In this document: piece by piece, positions 56,487-64,000 of the stretch | Position numbering within the stretch: the first letter of the stretch is position 1 | How the letters are laid out: the number at the start of each line of letters is the position of its first letter | NCBI GenBank assembly: GCA_041395205.1 | Contig: JAWLAZ010000003.1 | Span: 215,063 to 279,062 of the forward strand | DNA length: 64,000 nt | DNA from: a bacterium | GTDB lineage: Bacteria > 4484-113 > JAFGCY01 | Reading direction: 5' to 3' | Program-made: the position numbers and the translations under genes | The notes under the pieces: generated by a model | Database searches by the model: none | Told to the model about the DNA's origin: nothing | What the model saw: the letters and a program-made list of their open reading frames with translations, nothing else

Positions 56487-58789
56487 GCGCCCTTCTCCCC
56501 TTCCCCGCCCGGATCCTCGGGCAGGGCGCGCTCCACGCCGTAGACATCCTCGATCTTGAGGATCACCTCCATCACCTGCTTCAGCTCATGCATGTCCGCC
56601 ACCTCGACGATCAGGTCGAAATTGGCCATCTCATCCGTGGCAACGGCGGAGGGCGAGGAGCTGAATTCCGCGCCGCCGAGGTTGATGCGGTTCTCACTGA
56701 GGAAGCGCAGCACCTCGAACAGCAGGCCGACACGGTTCAGTGAATGCACGCGGATCCGTGCCGGATAGCGCTTCTCCTCGGTCTGCTGGGACCATTCCAC
56801 CTCGACGAGTGAGCCCTCGCGCAGGTCAACCTGCAGGCGCGGGCAGTCCAGGCGGTGTACGTAGACCAGCCGGTCGGCACGGTTGTGCACGCCATAGAGC
56901 TTGTCCCCCGGCACGGGAGTGCAGCAGGAGCGGATCTCGGCGCGGCTGCGCATCAGCTGCCCGCCCGCCAGCTGCAGGCCCAGCTCGTAGCCCACACCGC
57001 TGAGCAGGCTGATCTTGCGGGGCAGGCCCTCGGCATCACTCTGGCGGCTCTTCTGCGGACCCTGCTCCACGCGCAGCTTGTGGATCTTCTTCAGCTCGGA
57101 GATGATCGTGCTCGTCTCGAGTTCGCCGATCGCGATCTTCGAGTACATCTCATCGATGCTGCGCACCTTCATCGTCTTCAGGAGCATTGCCAGCTTGTCA
57201 TTCGCCATCAGGTTCAGCGGATAGAGGCCCTGCCCGGTGATCAGCTGGCGCAGCAGGGTGCGGCCGGCGCTGATCCGCTCATCGCGGCCGGCGGCCTTGA
57301 AGTACTTGCGGATCTTCAGCATGCTCTTCGGCGAGCGCACCATCATCATGAATTCGGGACGCGGCGCCGCATTCTCCTCGCGGGCCTTGATCACCTCCAC
57401 CACGTCCCCGTTGCGCAGTTCATAGTTGAGCGGCACGTGGTTGCCATTGACCTTTGCACCGCGGATGCTGTGGCCCAGGTTCGTGTGGATGTAGTAGGCG
57501 AAGTCCACGGGGGTCGCACCGGCCGGCAGGTTGACAACCTCACCGCGCGGTGAGAGCACCAGCACCTGGTCGCCATGCAGCGACTCACGCGTCCGGGCCA
57601 CGAACTCCTCGGAATTGACATCGTCCTCGGAGAGCTCGCGGATGAACTCCAGCCAGCTTTCATCCTTGACGATGCGCGCCAGCTGCGGCTTCTCCTTGTA
57701 GCTCCAGTGCGCCGCGATCCCCTGGCGGGCCTCGTAGTCCATCGACTCCGTGCGGATCTGGCATTCCACCCAGCTGCCGCCCGGGCCGATCACCGTGGTG
57801 TGCAGGGTCTGGTAGCCGTTCTCCTTGGGGCTGGCCACGAAGTCGCGGAAGCGCTCGAAGATCGGCTTCCAGCGGCCATGCACGAGCCCCATCACCCGGT
57901 AGCAGTCCAGCTCCTGGCCCTCGATCACGATCCGGATCGCCAGCAGGTCATAGATCCCGTCGATGCCCACGCCCTGGATCTCCATCTTCTGGTGGATGCT
58001 CCAGAGGTGCTTGGAGCGGCCGTAGATGCTGGCAACCCTGATCTCATTGCGTTCCAGCAGGCCGCGCGTGGTGCTGATCATCTCCTGCAGCTTCTGTTCA
58101 TGCTCATGGAAGTAGGTGCTGACCTGCTTCTTGAGCGTGGCGTACTCCTCCGGGAAGAGGAACTGGAACACCAGATCCTCCAGTTCGCTCGTGACCGTTC
58201 CCAGTCCCAGCCGCCTCGCGATCGGGATGTAGAACTCCAGGGTCTCGCGGCTGATGCGGACGCGCTTGTGGTCCGGCATCGAGCCCAGCGTCTTCATGTT
58301 GTGCAGGCGGTCGGCGATCTTGATCACGATCACGCGGTAGTCGTTGGTCATCGCCACGAACAGCTTCTGCAGGTTGCGCGCCTGGTCCGAGGCCTTGTTG
58401 CGGCCGGTGAAGCGCGCGAAGAAGTCGATCTTCTTGATCTTCGTCAGGCTGTCCACCATGTTGGCAACGTCATTGCCGAACAGCTGGCGGATCTGGTTCA
58501 GCCGGACGCTGGTGTCCTCCACCACGTCATGCAGGATCGCGGCGATGATCGAGTCGGCGTCCATCTCGAGATCCATGCAGATCTCTGCGACTTCCAGGGG
58601 GTGCAGGATGTAGGGGCTGCCGTCCTTGCGCAGCTGGCCGTCATGCGCGCTCAGAGCCAGTTCGTAGGCATTGCGCAGCCGGTCGGCATCGAAGCGCGGC
58701 ATGCGCGAGCGCAGCCTGTTGCTGATGTCGTTGAACAGGCTGTCCGCCTCGTAGTAATCCGTGCCGCTGCTAACTGACCTGGCTGCCAT
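56483..58789 (-). CDS. rel: bifunctional (p)ppGpp synthetase/hydrolase, RelA/SpoT family
   Basis: HD hydrolase domain (AAILHDVVEDT), synthetase domain, and C-terminal TGS and ACT regions; 768 aa. Confidence 0.9.
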   Translation of the reverse strand: MAARSVSSGTDYYEADSLFNDISNRLRSRMPRFDADRLRNAYELALSAHDGQLRKDGSPYILHPLEVAEICMDLEMDADSIIAAILHDVVEDTSVRLNQIRQLFGNDVANMVDSLTKIKKIDFFARFTGRNKASDQARNLQKLFVAMTNDYRVIVIKIADRLHNMKTLGSMPDHKRVRISRETLEFYIPIARRLGLGTVTSELEDLVFQFLFPEEYATLKKQVSTYFHEHEQKLQEMISTTRGLLERNEIRVASIYGRSKHLWSIHQKMEIQGVGIDGIYDLLAIRIVIEGQELDCYRVMGLVHGRWKPIFERFRDFVASPKENGYQTLHTTVIGPGGSWVECQIRTESMDYEARQGIAAHWSYKEKPQLARIVKDESWLEFIRELSEDDVNSEEFVARTRESLHGDQVLVLSPRGEVVNLPAGATPVDFAYYIHTNLGHSIRGAKVNGNHVPLNYELRNGDVVEVIKAREENAAPRPEFMMMVRSPKSMLKIRKYFKAAGRDERISAGRTLLRQLITGQGLYPLNLMANDKLAMLLKTMKVRSIDEMYSKIAIGELETSTIISELKKIHKLRVEQGPQKSRQSDAEGLPRKISLLSGVGYELGLQLAGGQLMRSRAEIRSCCTPVPGDKLYGVHNRADRLVYVHRLDCPRLQVDLREGSLVEVEWSQQTEEKRYPARIRVHSLNRVGLLFEVLRFLSENRINLGGAEFSSSPSAVATDEMANFDLIVEVADMHELKQVMEVILKIEDVYGVERALPEDPGGEGEKGA

Positions 58790-60455
58790 TTTCGGTGATC
58801 AATCCGATTAACCTTAACATAATGGAGCGCTGGTTGTTCCAGTTGTCCGGTTCAAGTTCGATTACCGCCTGCAGGCTCGTGCCGGGCTGCAGCCGGGGCT
58901 GCAGGTGGCTCATGTTGAAGGCCGCCACGCGCACCTGGCGCTGCCCGTCGGTGAGTACGAGGTTCAGATGCGAGCGTTCCCGGCCCAAGTAGCTGCAGCG
59001 TCCGACATGCACCCCGCTCAGCCGGCAGCGCGGCGCCGGCAGCACCGTGTCAAACGGCGCCAGCAGCCACAGTTCATCCTCCAGCACGGCGCTCATCTCA
59101 CTGATCCGCAGCTCCGGCAGCAGGCTCCAGTCCTCATGCGGGGATACCTCCGCCTGCTCAGCTGCAGCGGACTCCGCCTGGATTCTGGCAACACTGTCCG
59201 CCCAGGCGCTGCGGAAAGCCTCCAGCGCATCACGCCGCAGCTTCACGCCTGCCGCGGCGGCATGCCCGCCGAAGGACTCGAGTTCCGCAGTGCAGCCGGC
59301 CAGGCTGTCAACGAGGCTCAGCCCGCCATGGCTGCGAGCGCTGCCGGTGAGCAGGTCGCTGTCCTGCGGGGACTGGCTCAGCACGATCGCCGGGCGGCGG
59401 AACTGCTCCGCGATCCGGGCGGCCACGATCCCCAGCACGCCGATATGCCAGTCCGGGTCACTCAGCACGAGCGCCGGTGCTTCATCGAAGCCCAGGGCCT
59501 GGCGCGCGGCCTGGCGGTAGTTGTCGTCAGTCACTTCCTTGCGCTCACGGTTGAGCAGGTCCAGCTGCAGGGCCTGGCGGCGCGCTTCCTCACGGTCGGG
59601 GCTGGCCAGCAGGTCACAGATCAGCTTCGCGCTGCGCATCCGCCCCGCGGCATTCATGCGTGGAATCACCTGGAAGGCCAGCTGGCGCGCTGTGAAGATG
59701 TCGATGCCGTGCAGCTGGCTGATCTTCAGCAGCTCCTGCGCACCGAGATTGCCCGTGCCCGGCAGCAGGCGCAGGGCCTGGTGCACGAGATACCAGTTCT
59801 CCGGGACCAGTGGCACGATGTCCGCCAGCGTTGCCAGGCCGGCCAGCTCCAGCTCATCCCCGGCCAGTGCCGCCGGATCCTCCTCGAGCAGAATGATCGC
59901 CAGCAGCACGAGCCCGGCCGTGCACAGCGGCGGCAGCGTCTCCAGCAGATGCGGGTTGAAGACGGTACAGTCCGGCAGGCTGTCCTTCGGGGTATGGTGA
60001 TCGATCACCAGCACCTCCAGCCCCGCAGCCCGCGCTTCGGCGATCTCCGCCAGGTTGGCGGTGCCGCAGTCCAGCGCGATCAGGGCCCGGTAGCCCTGCT
60101 CCACCGACTGTGCGATCACGCCGCTGTCGAGGCCATAGCCGTGCCTGAAGCGTGAGGGCAGGAAGATGTTGCCACTCGCGCCGCAGCCGCGCATCCAGCG
60201 AAACAGCAGGAAGGCCGCAGTGCTGCCATCCACGTCGTAGTCGCCGAACAGCAGCACCGGGATGCGTTCGGCAATCATGCGCCGGATGAAGGCTGCGGTC
60301 TGCTGCCAGGCCTCACTTGCCGCAATCGCATCCAGGGTCGCGGCGTCAATGAACTCCGCGCGCTCCAGATGGCTCCGGCGCAGTTCGAGCTGGGGGCTGT
60401 CGGCGAACAGCCGCCGCGTGAGCGTGCTCAGCGGGGCCAGAGCGCCGTCAGGCAT
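58770..60455 (-). CDS. recJ: single-stranded-DNA-specific exonuclease RecJ
   Basis: DHH motifs LLFGDYDVDGSTAAFLL and DHH-associated DHHA1 region; start chosen at MPDGAL (60455), 1 nt after the secF stop; the ORF is open to 60512. Confidence 0.8.
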   Translation of the reverse strand: MPDGALAPLSTLTRRLFADSPQLELRRSHLERAEFIDAATLDAIAASEAWQQTAAFIRRMIAERIPVLLFGDYDVDGSTAAFLLFRWMRGCGASGNIFLPSRFRHGYGLDSGVIAQSVEQGYRALIALDCGTANLAEIAEARAAGLEVLVIDHHTPKDSLPDCTVFNPHLLETLPPLCTAGLVLLAIILLEEDPAALAGDELELAGLATLADIVPLVPENWYLVHQALRLLPGTGNLGAQELLKISQLHGIDIFTARQLAFQVIPRMNAAGRMRSAKLICDLLASPDREEARRQALQLDLLNRERKEVTDDNYRQAARQALGFDEAPALVLSDPDWHIGVLGIVAARIAEQFRRPAIVLSQSPQDSDLLTGSARSHGGLSLVDSLAGCTAELESFGGHAAAAGVKLRRDALEAFRSAWADSVARIQAESAAAEQAEVSPHEDWSLLPELRISEMSAVLEDELWLLAPFDTVLPAPRCRLSGVHVGRCSYLGRERSHLNLVLTDGQRQVRVAAFNMSHLQPRLQPGTSLQAVIELEPDNWNNQRSIMLRLIGLITENGSQVS

Positions 60456-60456
60456 C

Positions 60457-61581
60457 CTACTTTCTCCGCTTCTGGGTACGGCGCTTTCCGCTGCGGCGCT
60501 CCATCGCGTCATCGATCTGGCGGCTCACCGTGCTGGTGGCCTCCTCGTCATCCGGGACCTCCAGCGCGTTGACAACCGGAGCATCCATGATCTTGTCGCT
60601 CTCGATGTCGGCACCGGTGGTCTGGCCCTTGCTCAGCCAGAGCATGGTCGGGGCCGCGATGAAGATCGAGCTGTAGGCGCCCGAGATCATGCCCACGCAC
60701 ATCGCCAGCAGGAAGGGCCGGATATTCTCGCCGCCGAGGAAGATCAGGGCGACGATCATCACGATAGTTGTCAGCGAGGTGTTGATCGAACGCATCAGGG
60801 TCTGGTTCAGGGACAGGTCGCAGAGGTACTTCAGCGGATGCCTGTCGCCAAAATGCCTGGCGTTCTCACGGATGCGGTCGAAGATGATGATCGTGTCGTT
60901 GATCGAGTAGCCGATGATCGTCAGTACCACGGCGATGAAGCTGTCAGCGACCTCGATGCGGGTCATGGCCGCGAAGCCGAGCGTGATCGCCACGTCATGC
61001 AGCAGCGCGATGATCGCTGCCACGCTGTACTGCCAGCGCCCGAAGCGCAGCAGGATGTACAGCATGATCAGGAAGGAACCGAAGATCAGCGCGTAGATAG
61101 TGTTGCGGATCAGCTCGGCACCGATCGTGCCGGAGACATGAGCCTGCTCGAGCGTCATCGGGTTGGTGGCGGAATCGTAGCCACCATAGGCGTCGCCGAT
61201 CTTTTCCTTCAGGTCGCGCAGATTCTCCACGCGGTTGTTGGAGAGCTCGGCGTCCGTGGCACCCTCGGCCTTGACAACCAGCTTGATGGCAACCGTGGTC
61301 GGATCGTTGGCATAGACCTGCACGATCGGCTCACTGCTGGAGTATTCCTCCACGATGGCCTTGATCGCCTGGCCGTCGATCTCGATCGGCTCGGTGGTCT
61401 TCAGCAGCAGGTGCTCACCGCCGGTGTAGTGGATGCTCAGGTTGAACCAGGCGCCGGTGCGGCTGTGGTTCACGAACATCCCGATGAAGCCTGCGAGGAT
61501 CACGAGCACACTGATCGCGATCCAGAGCGGGGCCCGGTCTATGTAACGGAAAAGCTTCTCGTTTGTCGTCGTATCCTTCAT
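60457..61581 (-). CDS. secF: protein translocase subunit SecF
   Basis: SecF TM topology and conserved segments AIIALLHDVAITLG and IIFDRIREN; basic C-terminal tail. Confidence 0.8.
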   Translation of the reverse strand: MKDTTTNEKLFRYIDRAPLWIAISVLVILAGFIGMFVNHSRTGAWFNLSIHYTGGEHLLLKTTEPIEIDGQAIKAIVEEYSSSEPIVQVYANDPTTVAIKLVVKAEGATDAELSNNRVENLRDLKEKIGDAYGGYDSATNPMTLEQAHVSGTIGAELIRNTIYALIFGSFLIMLYILLRFGRWQYSVAAIIALLHDVAITLGFAAMTRIEVADSFIAVVLTIIGYSINDTIIIFDRIRENARHFGDRHPLKYLCDLSLNQTLMRSINTSLTTIVMIVALIFLGGENIRPFLLAMCVGMISGAYSSIFIAAPTMLWLSKGQTTGADIESDKIMDAPVVNALEVPDDEEATSTVSRQIDDAMERRSGKRRTQKRRK

Positions 61582-61590
61582 TGATGCACC

Positions 61591-62865
61591 CTACCCGTAC
61601 AGCTTCTCATTGCGTACCGAGCTGGAAAGCGCTTCGAGCATGGTACGGGTCACGAACACTGCCGAGAACAGGGAGAAGATGATTCCCAGCGCCAGTGTGA
61701 TTGCAAAGCCCTTCACGGGGCCGCTGCCGAACATGAACAGCACGACCGCACCGATGAAGGTGGTGGAGTTTCCGTCGATGATCGCCACCCAGGCCCGGGC
61801 GAAGGAGGCCTCGATCGCGGCGCGCAGGGTCTTGCCCCAGCGCAGCTCCTCCTTCAGGCGTTCGAAGATGATCACGTTGCCGTCGATCGCCATGCCTATC
61901 GAGAGGATGAAGGCGGCGATGCCCGGCAGGGTCATCGTCGCATCCAGCAGGCTGAAGTAGCCCAGCACCAGCACGACATAGATCGCCAGCGCGATGCTCG
62001 CCACCACGCCGGGCAGGCGGTAGAACACGATCACGAGCGCCAGCACGATCAGGAAGCCCAGCAGGCCGGCCCGGTAGCTCTTGTCAATGCTCTCCTGGCC
62101 GAGCGTCGGACCCACGACTGAGGAACTGAGGATCTCCAGCGGAATCGGCAGGGCACCGGCATTGAGCTGGGTAGCCAGCTTCTGGGCGTCCTCAGGAGTG
62201 AACTCACCGGTGATCTCACCACGGCCGCCCCAGATCGGGCTGTTGATCGAGGGACTCGTGATCACCGAACCATCCAGCAGTACCGTCAGGTACTGGCCGA
62301 CATGATTGGTGGTGAACTTGCCGAAGACTTCGGCGGCATCGGGATTGAGCTCGAAATTGATGGAGGGCTTGTTCATCTGGTCGAAGCCCACATAGGCCTT
62401 GGCCAGGTCCGCGCCGTCCATGATCTGCTCATACTTGGCGAACTCGTCCAGGCGCTCCTTGCTGCCGTCCTTGTTGAACTTCGTGCCTCGCGGCATGCTC
62501 TGGTTGCCGGTGTTCACGAATTCGAGGTAGGCGGTCTCACCGATCACGGAGATCACGCTGTCGGGATCATCCTCGCCGGGGACCTGCAGCAGCAGACGGT
62601 CGCCGCCCACGCTCGTCAGATAGATTTCCTTCTGACCCTGGGGATCGACGCGGTTGCGCACGACTTCCTTGACGCGGGTGATGTCCTCGGGCAGCGGCTC
62701 ACTGCCGTCCTCGGGCACGGCGCGCAGCAGGACCTCGACGCCACCACGCAGGTCAAGACCCTCCGTGACGATCGGCTCACCCTTCTGCAGCCGGTAGATT
62801 GGATTGATCACGCCCACGGCAAGTACTGCGAGGATGATCAACCAGTTGGTGACTTGGCGGCTCAT
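61591..62865 (-). CDS. secD: protein translocase subunit SecD
   Basis: N-terminal TM, periplasmic domain with LDLRGG, and a C-terminal 6-TM block with VLVLGYFSLL and IDGNVIIFER. Confidence 0.8.
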   Translation of the reverse strand: MSRQVTNWLIILAVLAVGVINPIYRLQKGEPIVTEGLDLRGGVEVLLRAVPEDGSEPLPEDITRVKEVVRNRVDPQGQKEIYLTSVGGDRLLLQVPGEDDPDSVISVIGETAYLEFVNTGNQSMPRGTKFNKDGSKERLDEFAKYEQIMDGADLAKAYVGFDQMNKPSINFELNPDAAEVFGKFTTNHVGQYLTVLLDGSVITSPSINSPIWGGRGEITGEFTPEDAQKLATQLNAGALPIPLEILSSSVVGPTLGQESIDKSYRAGLLGFLIVLALVIVFYRLPGVVASIALAIYVVLVLGYFSLLDATMTLPGIAAFILSIGMAIDGNVIIFERLKEELRWGKTLRAAIEASFARAWVAIIDGNSTTFIGAVVLFMFGSGPVKGFAITLALGIIFSLFSAVFVTRTMLEALSSSVRNEKLYG

Positions 62866-62996
62866 TATTATTAGCTCCTAGGCCGGAAAAACGAACGGTA
62901 ATTTTAGCACTCCCATGTAAAGGGAGCAATAATCCGCAGTCAAAACCCGCAGGCTTGTAAAGCTGTGCAAGCACACGGCCGTCTCAGTTGCGGAAC

Positions 62997-64000
<1,004 letters not shown>

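Overview
High-GC (about 65%) bacterial chromosomal window, densely coding, and it appears to span the replication origin: dnaA sits on the minus strand with an AT-richer putative oriC just upstream, and dnaE and an RNase P RNA gene (rnpB) lie in the same window. Most content is housekeeping. Recognisable genes include rdgB, lpxC, ribF, smpB, a type I glutamine synthetase, rfbB, surE, etfAB, a dapB-asd-dapA lysine cluster with a sirtuin, plsC, a secD-secF-recJ-rel-dtd block, and partial rpoD-like and carB genes at the two ends. Less ordinary content: three genes carrying five FHA domains (two of them translationally coupled, one fused to a VWA domain), an orphan DUF58 gene and a BatA-like VWA gene, an SNF2 helicase whose stop overlaps the lpxC start, and an RsbW/SigB-like module with a SigB-type promoter but no RsbV gene. 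There is also a peptide ABC transporter with no ATPase genes. A repeat-dense non-coding tract follows rnpB, containing 39-bp direct repeats, three GC-rich palindromes and a (CCACTGA)x13 microsatellite. A small lipoprotein and an 850-aa secreted protein share a conserved motif, and the larger gene carries in-frame tandem repeats. Several long ORFs in the six-frame track (for example 35236-39732 and those antisense to dnaE, EF-G, dnaA and the GGDEF gene) are high-GC artefacts. I found no CRISPR array, no tRNA and no obvious mobile element.
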